A DNA stretch of 64,000 nucleotides from Candidatus Woesebacteria bacterium UBA1430 (GCA_002329465.1 DCTW01000004.1:66933-130932), one strand, 5' to 3'; counted from the stretch's first letter, positions 18,600 to 29,679 are shown. Made by a program: numbers and translations. The notes: generated by a model not told the origin, from the sequence alone.

Positions 18600-18974
18600 T
18601 CACTCATCAGAAGAAAAATAAAGATCTCTCAAACCACTTCCAATCTTAAAACCATAACATTCTAAATTTTCTAAAAGCCTGGCTACTTTTTCCCTTCCAA
18701 CATCTCCGGGAAAAGTACCTGAGTCTTTCGAAATTCTTTTGATTTCACCTCCCTGGGCATCTATTACCAACCCGCCTTTTACTTTTGCACTCTTATCAAT
18801 CAAATCTGCTCTTTGCGCTTCTAGCAAAATCCTCTCGTGCATTGGTCCATTCTCATAAGAATTAGCTCCCCAAATAATTAAATCAGCCCCACCTGTTCCC
18901 ACTACGAGTGAAGAAATTCCTCGCAACCTATCAATTGAAGCGCCATCGTCAAAAACTCTCTCAACCCTACTCAA
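18600..18974 (-). CDS. Hypothetical protein inserted between dnaK and dnaJ
   Basis: 124-aa ORF overlapping the dnaK stop; fills the gap on the operon strand. Confidence 0.65.
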   Translation of the reverse strand: MSRVERVFDDGASIDRLRGISSLVVGTGGADLIIWGANSYENGPMHERILLEAQRADLIDKSAKVKGGLVIDAQGGEIKRISKDSGTFPGDVGREKVARLLENLECYGFKIGSGLRDLYFSSDE

Positions 18975-20871
18975 CTATCTCTCCCTCTTCCACCCGACCA
19001 TCCGAATTCTTTTTATCATCATCTTTTTTATCACCGGACTCAGAAGTCTTCTCCTCCTTGCTCTTATCCTGACTCCCATACATTGCCTGTCCCACTTTCG
19101 AAAGTTCCTCTGATAATTCTTGTGTCTTTTTCTCTAAATCTTCCTTATTCAACTCCGTTTTTGCCAACTCATCTTTTACCGCTTTAATCTTTTCGTTGAT
19201 CTTCTCAACAATATCAGAGGGAACCTTTTCGCCAGCATCTTTTAGAGCCTTTTCGGCAGCAGCCACCAACCCGTCCGCCTTATTTCTTATCTCAATCTCT
19301 TCGGCTTTTCGCTTATCCTCCTCTTTATGCGCTTCAGCCTCCTTCTTCATTTTTTCAATTTCCTCATCGCTCAAGCCTACCGCTCCCGTTATAGTAATAT
19401 CCTGACTTTTACCCGTTGCCTTGTCTTTAGCAGTTACTTTCAATATGCCGTTGCTATCAATGTCAAAAGTTACCTCAATTTGAGGAATACCACGAGGAGC
19501 AGGTGGAATTCCGTCCAGCGTAAATGTCCCCAAAACTTTGTTGTCTGCGCTCATTGGCCTCTCACCCTGAGTTACAACTATCTGTACTTGAGTCTGGTTG
19601 TCAGAAGCAGTCGAAAAAACCTCGGTTTTAGAAGTAGGAACAGTCGTATTTCGAGGAATCATCGGGGTAGCCACACCACCCAACGTCTCAATAGCTAACG
19701 TAAGTGGAGTCACATCCAAAAGCAAAACATCCTTTACTTCACCCGCTAAAACTCCCCCTTGAATAGCAGCTCCTATAGCTACAACTTCATCGGGGTTTAC
19801 GCTCTTATTCGGCTCTTTTCCAAAATACCCCTTTACCGCCTCGACAATCTTCGGCATCCTCGTCATTCCACCAACCATAATAACCTCGTCTATATCTTTC
19901 GGATCAAGCTTTGCGTCCTTCAAACATTCATTCACAGGCTTCATGGTTCTTTCAATTAAATCATCAACCAAAGACTCAAGCTTTGCTCTTGTTATTTTTA
20001 ATGTAAGATGAAGCGGTGCACCATCCTTCTGGGTTATATAAGGCTGGTTAACTTCGACCTCGGAAGCGCTCGAAAGCTCAATTTTAGCTTTCTCGGCCGC
20101 ATCCCGAATTCTTTGAAGAGCCTGCTTATCATCCCTTAAATCAACTCCATGCTCTTTCTTAAATTCCTCCGCTATATAATCAACCAGTCTCTCGTCAAAA
20201 TCATCCCCTCCAAGATGTGTGTCTCCATTCGTCGCCTTCACCTCAAAAACGCCATCGCCAAGCTCAAGAATCGATATATCAAAGGTGCCTCCTCCAAGAT
20301 CATAAACAGCAATTTTTTCACTCTTTTTCTTATCAAGCCCATAAGCAAGCGAAGCGGCCGTAGGCTCATTTATGATTCTCTCAACTGTAAGTCCGGCTAT
20401 CTCACCGGCCTGCTTGGTAGCCTGTCTTTGAGAATCATCAAAATAAGCAGGCACTGTAATTACAGCCTTTTCAACGCTCTCTCCCAAATAAGTCTCGGCA
20501 TCTTTCTTAAGCTTCATTAGTATCCTCGCAGAAATCTCCTGTGGAGTATAAGTTTTGCCTTCTACTTCGACAACAGCGCCGCCGTCTTTTCCTTTAACAA
20601 CCTCATATGAAACCATTTTTTGAGTCTTTTTAACCTCCTCGGAGTCAAATCTTCTTCCCATCAGTCTCTTAACGGAGTGTATTGTTTTTTTAGGATTAAG
20701 TATCATTTGTCGCTTTGCCACATCCCCAACCAAATTTTTAACAGGTTCAACCACCGACGGAGTAATATTTCTCCCCGTATCGGAAGCTGAAATAACCTTT
20801 GCCTGCCCACCCTCCATCACGGAAACCACAGAATTTGTTGTACCCAAGTCTATCCCAATAATTTTACTCAT
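18967..20871 (-). CDS. dnaK: Chaperone DnaK
   Basis: [31 protein letters not shown]. Start moved to the ATG at 20871 behind the SD AAGGAGG. Confidence 0.98.
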   Translation of the reverse strand: MSKIIGIDLGTTNSVVSVMEGGQAKVISASDTGRNITPSVVEPVKNLVGDVAKRQMILNPKKTIHSVKRLMGRRFDSEEVKKTQKMVSYEVVKGKDGGAVVEVEGKTYTPQEISARILMKLKKDAETYLGESVEKAVITVPAYFDDSQRQATKQAGEIAGLTVERIINEPTAASLAYGLDKKKSEKIAVYDLGGGTFDISILELGDGVFEVKATNGDTHLGGDDFDERLVDYIAEEFKKEHGVDLRDDKQALQRIRDAAEKAKIELSSASEVEVNQPYITQKDGAPLHLTLKITRAKLESLVDDLIERTMKPVNECLKDAKLDPKDIDEVIMVGGMTRMPKIVEAVKGYFGKEPNKSVNPDEVVAIGAAIQGGVLAGEVKDVLLLDVTPLTLAIETLGGVATPMIPRNTTVPTSKTEVFSTASDNQTQVQIVVTQGERPMSADNKVLGTFTLDGIPPAPRGIPQIEVTFDIDSNGILKVTAKDKATGKSQDITITGAVGLSDEEIEKMKKEAEAHKEEDKRKAEEIEIRNKADGLVAAAEKALKDAGEKVPSDIVEKINEKIKAVKDELAKTELNKEDLEKKTQELSEELSKVGQAMYGSQDKSKEEKTSESGDKKDDDKKNSDGRVEEGEIVE

Positions 20872-21322
20872 CTTTATCCCTCCTTTTTGCAACAATCACC
20901 TTAGCAGGTCTCAAAACAAAATCGTTCATAATCCACCCCTTTAATACTGTCTCCAATATTTGTCCGTCTGATAATTTATCCTGTTCTAAAGAGTCAACGG
21001 CTTCGTGCAATTCTCCGTCAAACCGGTCTCCTCTTTTGGGTTCAATTCTGGCGACACCTTCCTCCTTTAATTTAGAAAAAAGCTCATCAATCGCAATAGC
21101 AAGCCCGGAATCATTAAGATGGTTCTGTGCATTTTCAATCATATCAAAAACAGGCAACAATTTGCCAACAAATCTTGCGTTCAGTATCTTTTCAAAACTC
21201 TCTTTCTCCTTTTCACTGCGTTTTCTCAAATTATCATAATCTGCAAGCGCCCTTGCAAGCTGATTTTTAAGCTCCTCTACTTCTTTTGTCTTGTTTTTAT
21301 TTAGCCGTTTTTGTTTAGCCAT
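20864..21322 (-). CDS. grpE: Nucleotide exchange factor GrpE
   Basis: [30 protein letters not shown]...VLRPAKVIV. Start moved to the ATG at 21322. Confidence 0.93.
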   Translation of the reverse strand: MAKQKRLNKNKTKEVEELKNQLARALADYDNLRKRSEKEKESFEKILNARFVGKLLPVFDMIENAQNHLNDSGLAIAIDELFSKLKEEGVARIEPKRGDRFDGELHEAVDSLEQDKLSDGQILETVLKGWIMNDFVLRPAKVIVAKRRDKDE

Positions 21323-21323
21323 A

Positions 21324-22052
21324 CTATTTTTTAGCAACTTGCTCGACCAGATCACCAAAATATCTTACCACAGGAATCACCGCAGAATAATTAAGTCTAA
21401 AAGGACCAATTACGCCAATAGCCCCCTCATGACCACCCGCATTAAAGCGTGTAGCCACTATACCCACAGGATCAAAATATTCCCAACCCAACTCTTCTCC
21501 AAACAAAACTTCAATCTGACTCAAACCGGTAAACTTGCCAAAAAACAGCTCAACAAGCCTTTTTTCTTGTTCTATCAAAGAAAAAAGAGTTTGACAAACC
21601 TGAAAATTATTAAATTCCGGATTATTAAATACCTGCGAATACCCATGGCTCCAAGTTGAACCGTCAACCGTAGCCGCTACGGACAAAATTTTAGTTTTCT
21701 GAGAAAGCGCCCTTGTTGCCTGATCCATCAATACATCAAAATCATTTCTTACCTCCCAAACACCCTCTTTTGCTCGCACCTCATCCGCAACAGACAATTT
21801 CTTCTCCTCCATTAGTTGATTTATATAAAACTTCATCGCCGGCGGAGTGGGCACCCGTCCGGCAGAGGTGTAGGGCTGTTTAAGAAAACCCGCTTTTGTT
21901 AACGCTACCATCTCGTTTCTTATGGTAGCTGGAGAAATTCCAAGGTTATACTTTTTTTCCAATGCCAAAGATCCGACTGGCAAAGCGGTTTCAATATACT
22001 CATCAATCAAAGCCTTTAAAATCTGTGTCTGTCTTGCAGATAAAGCTTCCAT
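21324..22052 (-). CDS. hrcA: Heat-inducible repressor HrcA, compact form
   Basis: RQTQILKALIDEYI..PVGS, SPATIRNEM, PYTSAGRVPT, GVIGPFRLNY. The ATG at 22052 lies directly below the CIRCE and promoter. Confidence 0.93.
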   Translation of the reverse strand: MEALSARQTQILKALIDEYIETALPVGSLALEKKYNLGISPATIRNEMVALTKAGFLKQPYTSAGRVPTPPAMKFYINQLMEEKKLSVADEVRAKEGVWEVRNDFDVLMDQATRALSQKTKILSVAATVDGSTWSHGYSQVFNNPEFNNFQVCQTLFSLIEQEKRLVELFFGKFTGLSQIEVLFGEELGWEYFDPVGIVATRFNAGGHEGAIGVIGPFRLNYSAVIPVVRYFGDLVEQVAKK

Positions 22053-22054
22053 TA

Positions 22055-22081
22055 TTAGCAGTAAAATACCACGAGTGCTAA
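22055..22081. promoter_or_regulatory. CIRCE operator within the hrcA promoter
   Basis: Minus strand TTAGCACTC-GTGGTATTT-TACTGCTAA, overlapping TTGACA (22091-22086)-N17-TATTTT (22068-22063). Confidence 0.85.
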
Positions 22082-22093
22082 ACCGTGTCAATA

Positions 22094-23824
22094 TCAAAAT
22101 TCCGTATTATCCTTTGCAGAAGGGGATACTGTTTCGGATTCTCGAAGAGGTGGAGAAGATATCTTTTTTCTCCTTTTAATAAGGCTTGTTAAAGTAAACA
22201 GTTCCTGCGATTTCAGTAAATAACTTGCCAAAAAGTAAAAAACACCACCCACAAAAAAGGTTACCAAAGTAAGAATTAATAAATTTGTAGTATATCGGGT
22301 ATCCAATACAAATTTCTCAAAATCAAGTCTTTTATGCGCATCCAAACTCCCCAAAAAAGACAGTCGCTTAACCCAAACCGATCTATCAAAAAACTTGAGA
22401 ATAAAGTACATCACTCCGCTTGATACCAAACTTGAAACAACCGTCTTGAAAAAAGGATATAAATTTATCAAAACTCCACCGTTTATCCTATTGCTCAATA
22501 TATAAAAAAGTACAATGGATTGAACAATTACCCCCGACGAAAAGGATGCGGACAGTGCCCAAGTTGGAAGGTCTAAAAGCAGTATCCCGATAAAAGAAAA
22601 AATAATTGCAATTGTCGTACCAATAAGAGAAATAAAAACAGGAGTTTTTGTGTCATTTAGCGCATAAAACGCCCTATTAAGAAGCATTACGGCAGCTTGA
22701 AAAGGAACTCCCAATGCAAAAGCGGATAAAACAAGCCCTGTCTGTACAGTAGCCTCCCAATCAAAAATATCCGTGCCAAATAACAATCTGACAATTGGTA
22801 TTCGAAACACAATCAACCCACCCGCGATAGGCATCACTAAAAAAACCACCTGATACAAAGTCGAGAGAAAAGTGCTTTTAAATCTGGCGAGATCATCCGA
22901 CTGACTGGTCAGAGTAGGAAGCGCAGCTTTTGCCAAACTCACGCCAAAAAGTCCCACAGGTATAAGTTGCACGGAATTTGCAAGAGTGTAATAAGTATAC
23001 GATGCGGTAGAAATAAGAGAGGCCAAAAAAAGCTCTACAGTTTTCGAAATCTGCAAAACCGAAAGCTCAAATATCCTAGGCATCGCAAGCCTACCAATCT
23101 TTTTTACTTCTTTTGTAGGTCTTAACGAAATCTCAAACCTAAACCCAAGCTTATATGACAAAGGAAGCTGTATTAAAAAGTGAGCAAATGCACCCATAAG
23201 TACGCCCAGCGAAGGAGCAAGAAGATGAAATCTGCTCGAAAAAAGCACGGTTCCCGCTATAATTCCGAGATTATAAAAAAGAGGAGCCAGCGCCGGGATC
23301 AAAAATCGTCTTAATGACTCCAAAACTCCGGTTAAAACATAGCTAATTACAAAAAACCCCTGAGCGGCAAACAAAACTCGTGCCAAATATCCAATCTTCT
23401 CCGTTTGCTCTGAACTAAACCCTGGAGCCACTATCCTATATAAATCTTCGGCAAATATACCAAACACTATGGATATCAGGGCAAATATCAAAAGCCCAAG
23501 ATTAAGCATCCTTCCAGCAGTTTTCCAAGCAAGCTGCTGATCTTTCTTAAAAAGTTTTGTAAAAACAGGTATAAAAGCACTAGATAAGGTACCCAGCGTA
23601 AGCACCTCAAACACAAGGTCGGGAAATCTAAACGCAGCAAAAAAAAGGCTAAGCTCATCCGGAACAAAAAAACTCAAAAGCACCCTTTGTCTAACTAACC
23701 CCAAAATCTTTGAAAAGACAATCATCACCATAATAATGCTCGCGGCAGAAAGTATCGAAGTCTGCTCAGAAAAAATAAGTCTTTTACCCCTCAAAACAAT
23801 TCCTCTTGGTATTTTTATTATCAT
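22094..23824 (-). CDS. murJ: Lipid II flippase MurJ (MviN)
   Basis: SKILGLVRQ, FFAAFRFPD, SSAFIPVF, IPVGLFGVSLAKAALP, RAFYALNDTKTP; about 14 TMs. Confidence 0.93.
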   Translation of the reverse strand: MIIKIPRGIVLRGKRLIFSEQTSILSAASIIMVMIVFSKILGLVRQRVLLSFFVPDELSLFFAAFRFPDLVFEVLTLGTLSSAFIPVFTKLFKKDQQLAWKTAGRMLNLGLLIFALISIVFGIFAEDLYRIVAPGFSSEQTEKIGYLARVLFAAQGFFVISYVLTGVLESLRRFLIPALAPLFYNLGIIAGTVLFSSRFHLLAPSLGVLMGAFAHFLIQLPLSYKLGFRFEISLRPTKEVKKIGRLAMPRIFELSVLQISKTVELFLASLISTASYTYYTLANSVQLIPVGLFGVSLAKAALPTLTSQSDDLARFKSTFLSTLYQVVFLVMPIAGGLIVFRIPIVRLLFGTDIFDWEATVQTGLVLSAFALGVPFQAAVMLLNRAFYALNDTKTPVFISLIGTTIAIIFSFIGILLLDLPTWALSASFSSGVIVQSIVLFYILSNRINGGVLINLYPFFKTVVSSLVSSGVMYFILKFFDRSVWVKRLSFLGSLDAHKRLDFEKFVLDTRYTTNLLILTLVTFFVGGVFYFLASYLLKSQELFTLTSLIKRRKKISSPPLRESETVSPSAKDNTEF

Positions 23825-23902
23825 CTATTTGATATTTTATATCGCATGCTTTATACTCACAATCGACAATCCACAACAAATTGCTATTAAAGTTTATAAT
23901 TT

Positions 23903-24151
23903 ATGCCTATAACAAAAACAGCCAAAAGAGCTCTCAGAAGCTCAAAAAGAAAAACAAAAATAAACAAAAAAATAATATCCTCAATGGAGGCTTCGTTACG
24001 CATTGCTAAAAAAAGCAAAAAGGTAAAAGATATCTCAAAAGCAATATCCCAAGCCGATAAAGCCGCTAAAAAGAAAATAATTCACAAAAACAAAGCGTCC
24101 CGCATCAAAAGCACTCTCTCCAAACTTCAAATCTCTAAAAAACAAAAATAA
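23903..24151 (+). CDS. rpsT: 30S ribosomal protein S20
   Basis: MPITKTAKRALR...DKAAKKKIIHKNKASRIKS. Confidence 0.95.
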   Translation: MPITKTAKRALRSSKRKTKINKKIISSMEASLRIAKKSKKVKDISKAISQADKAAKKKIIHKNKASRIKSTLSKLQISKKQK

Positions 24152-24211
24152 TCTACCAGAGCGGGCTTACTCTGTGTTATATTTACATAAAGCACAAAGA
24201 AAGCAAAGGAT

Positions 24212-24784
24212 ATGCCTGTCCGTTCTAAAAAAAGACAAATAAATCTTCTCCCACAAAGCGAATTCGAATCATCGCCAACGGGACGAGTGTTAAAATGGAT
24301 TCTAACAACATTTAGGTTCATAGTTATATTTGTAGAATTAATAGTTATAATGGGCTTTATTGCACGCTTCTGGCTAGATATTAAACACTCAAACCTAAAC
24401 GACGAAATAGAACAAAAAGAAAATCTAATAAAGTCTTACTCCAATTTTGAAAAAGAGTTTAAGCTTACCCAGAAAAAACTCGCCATCTATAAATTTCTAA
24501 ACGACGAGAAATATAAACCAGCACCAAGCTTGGAAAAAATAGTCAAAAGGCTGCCGCAAGAAATAACGCTTACTTCCTATTCCAAAAAACCCGAGGAAAT
24601 AATAATTAAAGGACAAAGCCTGGGGGAACAAAACATATCTCAATTCGTAGCAAACTTAAAAGCCGAAGGCGAATTTGAAAACATCACAATCTCTCAAATA
24701 GAATCAAACGAAGAATCTATCTTTATAGATTTTACAATCAATATTAGCCCAATATTTTCGGAAAACGCAGAAAATGAAACTTAG
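24212..24784 (+). CDS. PilN-like type IV pilus alignment protein
   Basis: INLLP PilM-binding motif, TM, coiled coil, LPQEITLTS...IKGQS...FVANL. Confidence 0.75.
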   Translation: MPVRSKKRQINLLPQSEFESSPTGRVLKWILTTFRFIVIFVELIVIMGFIARFWLDIKHSNLNDEIEQKENLIKSYSNFEKEFKLTQKKLAIYKFLNDEKYKPAPSLEKIVKRLPQEITLTSYSKKPEEIIIKGQSLGEQNISQFVANLKAEGEFENITISQIESNEESIFIDFTINISPIFSENAENET

Positions 24785-24797
24785 TTAAAATAAAAAA

Positions 24798-25463
24798 ATG
24801 AAACAAACAAAGTGGCAGCAAAACTACGAAGTTTACAAAAAGTATCTAAGAAACGTCGCTACGCTTTATAAAAGCCGGCAAGACCTAAAAATGTTTACCG
24901 AGCTTTTGCTTTCGATGGCAACCGTAATAACCTTCGGACTTTTTGCAATTAAACCCACTCTTGTAACAATAGCCAAACTATATAGACAAATGACCGAAAA
25001 AGAAGAAACAATAAAAACAATGGATCAAAAAATAAGCAATCTCGTAAAGGCAAAAGAGCTCTACGACTCTCAAACCCAAAGCATCAATCTCCTAAACGAA
25101 GCAGTCCCTACCGAACCCGAAGTTCACAAGTTTGTTAGACAAATCGAAGGTTTATCACAAAAAAACGGGGTAAATCTAATCGAATTTTCAATATCTGACG
25201 CCACCATTATCGGCAGAAAAGATACACAAGAAGAACTCGATGATAATTTAGTAATCATTCCTGAAGACGCACAAAACATTCCCGTCATAATAGGAGCAAC
25301 CGGGGATTATTCCTCTCTCTTTTCATTTATTTCCGATCTTCAGATACTAAAAAGACCAGTCTTTTTTGATATATCATTAGTAAGCATCTCTAATGAAGAA
25401 ACAGCTTTTTCTCTTACCGCAAACATAACAGGAAGAATAGTTTATATAAATAAAAATGAATAA
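24798..25463 (+). CDS. PilO-like protein
   Basis: TM + IKPT, coiled coil, AVPTEP, GDYSSLFSFISDLQILKRP; follows the pilN-like gene. Confidence 0.7.
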   Translation: MKQTKWQQNYEVYKKYLRNVATLYKSRQDLKMFTELLLSMATVITFGLFAIKPTLVTIAKLYRQMTEKEETIKTMDQKISNLVKAKELYDSQTQSINLLNEAVPTEPEVHKFVRQIEGLSQKNGVNLIEFSISDATIIGRKDTQEELDDNLVIIPEDAQNIPVIIGATGDYSSLFSFISDLQILKRPVFFDISLVSISNEETAFSLTANITGRIVYINKNE

Positions 25464-25791
25464 AAAAAACTCGCCCACCATAGTCAAGCTAGGAATTCTT
25501 ACTGTAATAACAACCTTTATCTGGATAGGTTTCGAGGTCTATAGAGCATTAAGTACCGAGCCCGAACCGATCGTATCCGAAGAAACACTCGCAAAAGTCG
25601 AACCAAACTTGGATACTAATGAAATGGACTCACTCCAACAAAGAATATACATAAACGAGGAAAACATAGCACCCATAAACATTGTTTCAAACACGCAAAC
25701 ATCACAAGAAGAACAAGAAGAAAATGCAGTTGAATCCGAAGAAGCAACAAATTCTGCACAAGAACAAATAGAGGAATCGGCAAATGAATAA
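25456..25791 (+). CDS. Membrane-anchored acidic protein (position where pilP usually lies)
   Basis: One N-terminal TM, Glu-rich tail; overlaps both neighbours. Confidence 0.7.
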   Translation: MNKKNSPTIVKLGILTVITTFIWIGFEVYRALSTEPEPIVSEETLAKVEPNLDTNEMDSLQQRIYINEENIAPINIVSNTQTSQEEQEENAVESEEATNSAQEQIEESANE

Positions 25792-27157
25792 ATCAAAAAT
25801 TCCCACAATATTAGGCATACTAATACTTATTACCGGAGTTGCCATGGGCGTTTTCATACTTCAGCAACAACAAACTTTTAAACTGGGGGCATCTCCCGAG
25901 GCATCTCCCAAAAACATAGAAATAACCAATATAACAAGCGAGTCATTTACAGTTTCCTGGACCACGGACAAAAAAACTGTAGGCTATCTCAAATGGGGCA
26001 AGGAAAAGCCTAGCGAAAATAACTCATATCAAGCCGAAAAAACGGCAAAAAACATACATCAAATATCACTTCACAACCTCGAGCCAAACACAAACTATTC
26101 CTTTATAATCAACTCGGACGGCAAAGACCACGATAACAACAATATTCCCTGGCAGGTAAAAACAGGCCCACCGCTTCCTCCTCCCCAAAAAACAAACATT
26201 ATCTCAGGAAAAGTCATACTTCCAACTGGACAACCCGCATCAAATACACTTATATATCTAAACGCAGCTGGTATATCACCGCTATCAACGCTAACCTCCT
26301 CAAATGGTGACTGGGTTATAGCAATATCAAACGCAAGATCAAACTCACTTAATTCATATGCGAACATCGATGAAAACACGCTTCTTGAAATTCTTGTTCA
26401 AGGAGGACCAAGTGGAATTGCCTCAGCACAAATTTATTTAAAAGCCGCAAATCCAACTCCACCGATAACCCTCGGGAAAATCCACGACTTTAGATCGGAA
26501 ACAGGAAACCCCCAAGAAGAAATCCCCGCATCGCAAATAAATCTTCCGGAGGAAACGGAAAAAGATATCGAATCAAAATTCGTCGTCCCGGAAGTTGAAA
26601 AAGAAGAAGAAACAAGCTCGGTTACCCTAGATAGCATCGAAGATAACGAAATAATATTCACAAACGACCCGGAATTCTTTGGAAAAGGCCCATCAGGAAA
26701 CTCAATTAAAATAACTGTTGAATCAGAACTCATAAGCGACGAGTTAACAATCCCCAGCTCGGGTGCATGGAAATGGAGCCCGCCTGAAAACTTGGAGCCC
26801 GGAGAGCACAAAATAACCCTCTCCTGGGTTGATAAAACAGGAATATTAAGAACACTCACAAGAACTTTTATAGTTCAAGCTGCGGAAAGCGAACCTGCAT
26901 TTGAATCTACACCGTCAGGCAACGAACCTTCGCCAACCCCCACCGTCAAACCAACGCAAACTCCCAAACCTACAGCAACAGCCACACCCGTATCTACAGC
27001 TACACCCAAAGCAACCGCCTCACCAACAAGTACCCCCAGAGTTAGTATCCCGTCAACCGATTCGGCTACGCCAATAGCAGGAAACCCCATACCAACAATA
27101 ATAATGCTTTCATTCGGAGCCGTATTTCTATTCTTAGGACTCTTTCTGGCAGTTTAA
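25784..27157 (+). CDS. Exported FN3/Ig-like surface protein with Pro/Thr linker and C-terminal TPIAG-TM signal
   Basis: N-terminal TM; FN3-like ITNITSESFTVSWTT...LEPNTNYSF; Ig-like WKWSPPENLEPGEHKIT; PT repeats; C-terminal hydrophobic tail. Confidence 0.8.
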   Translation: MNKSKIPTILGILILITGVAMGVFILQQQQTFKLGASPEASPKNIEITNITSESFTVSWTTDKKTVGYLKWGKEKPSENNSYQAEKTAKNIHQISLHNLEPNTNYSFIINSDGKDHDNNNIPWQVKTGPPLPPPQKTNIISGKVILPTGQPASNTLIYLNAAGISPLSTLTSSNGDWVIAISNARSNSLNSYANIDENTLLEILVQGGPSGIASAQIYLKAANPTPPITLGKIHDFRSETGNPQEEIPASQINLPEETEKDIESKFVVPEVEKEEETSSVTLDSIEDNEIIFTNDPEFFGKGPSGNSIKITVESELISDELTIPSSGAWKWSPPENLEPGEHKITLSWVDKTGILRTLTRTFIVQAAESEPAFESTPSGNEPSPTPTVKPTQTPKPTATATPVSTATPKATASPTSTPRVSIPSTDSATPIAGNPIPTIIMLSFGAVFLFLGLFLAV

Positions 27158-27184
27158 TCCCAAAAACCCAAAAACTTCAAAAAC

Positions 27185-29620
27185 TTATCGCCAAGACTCT
27201 ATCCAATAATAACTCTCATTAATCCATCGTGGAACAAAAATTCCTGTCCAGTGTGGATAAAAATACAAAAAAGCCAGCGCTCCAAGGAAAAAAAATACAA
27301 AAACATACTTAGGTCTCATTCGTAAAAAAACACCTATACCCATCGAAAGAAATGGAATAGAAGGCAAATAATGATAAAAAAACATTATTCTTGGGGAAAA
27401 AGCCCAAGGTACAAAAAACACTAAATAAGATAGCACAACAAATCCTAATCTTTTACTTTTAGTCCTAAACGAATAAAAAGAAAGGAAAGCAATACTTAAA
27501 AGCCCAAACCAAACAACAACAGGATTGCCCATCGCATAAATATTTGATACTAATCCAGAATCATTCGAACCCGTATAAAGCCAAACAGGCCTAATAAGCA
27601 AAGGCCAGCTCCACCATGGCGAAGTGTACGCGTGCTCCGCCTCCAAATTGGTGTGGTACCACCACATCTGCTTTTGCATGCCAGTAAATATACTAAAATC
27701 ATGTCCCGTCAAAAACATTGGGATGTAACTAGCAACATAAAGGGTAGCCGGAATCAATAAATACCAAAAATAACCTAAAGAAAATTTCTTTTTAAAAGAA
27801 AAGTGAGCAACGACAAGAAGCGGAAAAAACCAAAAAGCCGTCCATTTCGACGCTAAAGAAAATCCAAAAGCTAAAGATGAAAAAAAGTACTTTGATCTTA
27901 AAAACATATATAAACTCAAGAGCATAAAAAACAAAAAATAAATATCGTTCATCCCAATCCTGCTCATAACCAAAAACAGCCCCTCAAGCGAAAGCGCACC
28001 CACCGAAAAAAGCGCCGTCTTTCTATCCTTAAATATTTCATAAGAAATAAAATAAACCAGTATTCCCGCTCCGACCCCGAAAATAGCAGCAGGCACTCTA
28101 TAGCCATAAGAACTCTCACCCATAAAATGCATCCCCACGGCCATAATTTCCTTCGCCAACGGCGGGTGAGTCCATTCGTAAGCAAACCCTTCAGGGTGAG
28201 GGTTCCACCACTCCCAAGCCTTAGGATCACCATGAAGTATAAGCTTTGCAGTAAAAGCATGATAAATCTCATCAAAATACTCATGCTTCGGAAGGCCAAT
28301 CCCGTAAATTCTCGAGACCAAAAGAAACAAAGTCATCGCTATCAATACTCGCTTAGCCCTTCTTGAATCAAGATCCTTTCCCTTAAAAAGGGTAGTTTTT
28401 ACAGCTCCCCCGCGCTCTTTAAATAAGCCTGACAAATTCTTAACATCAAAGTCTCCAAAACTCTCCCTCATTAAAGAAAAAACAAAAAGGAAAATACTAC
28501 ACAACGAAAAAAGGATAATTGCGGGTGCATTAAACACCTCTCTAAAGCCGTCGGTTATCCAAACGTAAGAATAATAAAGGTTCACAACATATAAAAAAGA
28601 AAGCCCCACATAAACAATCATCAAAAAAGGGTTAAACGCAACGGCTATAAGCAAAGGGGCAATAACAGGCAAAAGATGTCTCTCGTGCATTCGTGTCATA
28701 AAAAGATATAAAGTAAAAAACACAATCGAAGCGTAATAATATTTATCTTTTTCAACCAGCAAAGAACTCCTCCTCCAAGCTTTATAAAAAATACCCGAAA
28801 GAATAATAAAACTAATAAAATAACCTATTAAAAAAGGAGGGATAATCCCGCTTGTGTCACTTTTCCAAAATCCAAAAATACTCCAAAAATTAATAGCGTT
28901 TACACTTGTATAAGGATACTGTCCCAAAGACAAAAACACCCGCCGAAAAACAAACTCAACCAAATTCCCCGATGAAAAGGGAATAAACATCATAAAGAAA
29001 AAAATAGCAGAAGATAAAATATATAAAAACATATTTTTAACTATCCATTTCTTCTTCCAAAAAACAAATAAAATAATGGGTAGGATAAACAAAGTCTGGG
29101 GTTTAACCAGCACTCCATAAGAAAACAAAACACTTGATACAAAAAACGAACTCTTATCTAAAAAGTACAAAGCTGCAATCGAAAAAAACGAAGTAAGCGA
29201 ATCCACCTGTCCCCACAAAGAAGAATTTGCAAAAACCGCCGGATTAAAAATATAAAAACTTGCGACGATTAAAGAAAAATTCTTACTTTTGTATCTTCTG
29301 ACGATTTTATAAATCAAATAACCGGTTGCTATATCGGCAATTATCGCAGGCAGTTTATAAATTAAATGGGGATCTAAAAAACTAAACCAAACGCTTATTT
29401 TTCCCAAAAAATAAAGCACATAAAGATATCCGGGCAAGTAATCAGACCAGCCGTTATAAAATTCGCTAAATCCATGCTCCGAAAGCGTTCTGCTCCAGGA
29501 AACAAAAGTATTAAAATCAAGCTCTAAAGTACCAAAAGGCGAAAGAAAAATTCTCAACAAAAACCCAACAGCAAGAAAAAATAATATTTCATATTCTAAT
29601 TTTTTCATTTTACTAACCAT
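27185..29620 (-). CDS. Fused double GT-C enzyme: GT87/Alg6-like N-half plus protein O-mannosyltransferase (PMT/GT39) C-half
   Basis: N-half DYLPGY, WGQVDS, VKPQ, MHERH. C-half YFDEIYH, THPPLAK, SRIGMND, ASKW, HAYTSPWWSWP, GNP, RIMFFYHYLP. Likely start is the ATG at 29620 or 29608; the track start overlaps the divergent gene. Confidence 0.85.
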   Translation of the reverse strand: MVSKMKKLEYEILFFLAVGFLLRIFLSPFGTLELDFNTFVSWSRTLSEHGFSEFYNGWSDYLPGYLYVLYFLGKISVWFSFLDPHLIYKLPAIIADIATGYLIYKIVRRYKSKNFSLIVASFYIFNPAVFANSSLWGQVDSLTSFFSIAALYFLDKSSFFVSSVLFSYGVLVKPQTLFILPIILFVFWKKKWIVKNMFLYILSSAIFFFMMFIPFSSGNLVEFVFRRVFLSLGQYPYTSVNAINFWSIFGFWKSDTSGIIPPFLIGYFISFIILSGIFYKAWRRSSLLVEKDKYYYASIVFFTLYLFMTRMHERHLLPVIAPLLIAVAFNPFLMIVYVGLSFLYVVNLYYSYVWITDGFREVFNAPAIILFSLCSIFLFVFSLMRESFGDFDVKNLSGLFKERGGAVKTTLFKGKDLDSRRAKRVLIAMTLFLLVSRIYGIGLPKHEYFDEIYHAFTAKLILHGDPKAWEWWNPHPEGFAYEWTHPPLAKEIMAVGMHFMGESSYGYRVPAAIFGVGAGILVYFISYEIFKDRKTALFSVGALSLEGLFLVMSRIGMNDIYFLFFMLLSLYMFLRSKYFFSSLAFGFSLASKWTAFWFFPLLVVAHFSFKKKFSLGYFWYLLIPATLYVASYIPMFLTGHDFSIFTGMQKQMWWYHTNLEAEHAYTSPWWSWPLLIRPVWLYTGSNDSGLVSNIYAMGNPVVVWFGLLSIAFLSFYSFRTKSKRLGFVVLSYLVFFVPWAFSPRIMFFYHYLPSIPFLSMGIGVFLRMRPKYVFVFFFLGALAFLYFYPHWTGIFVPRWINESYYWIESWR

Positions 29621-29679
29621 GGCTTTATACATAATATAACCCATACTGACCACTTGGACTATATAATATAATAAATAAA

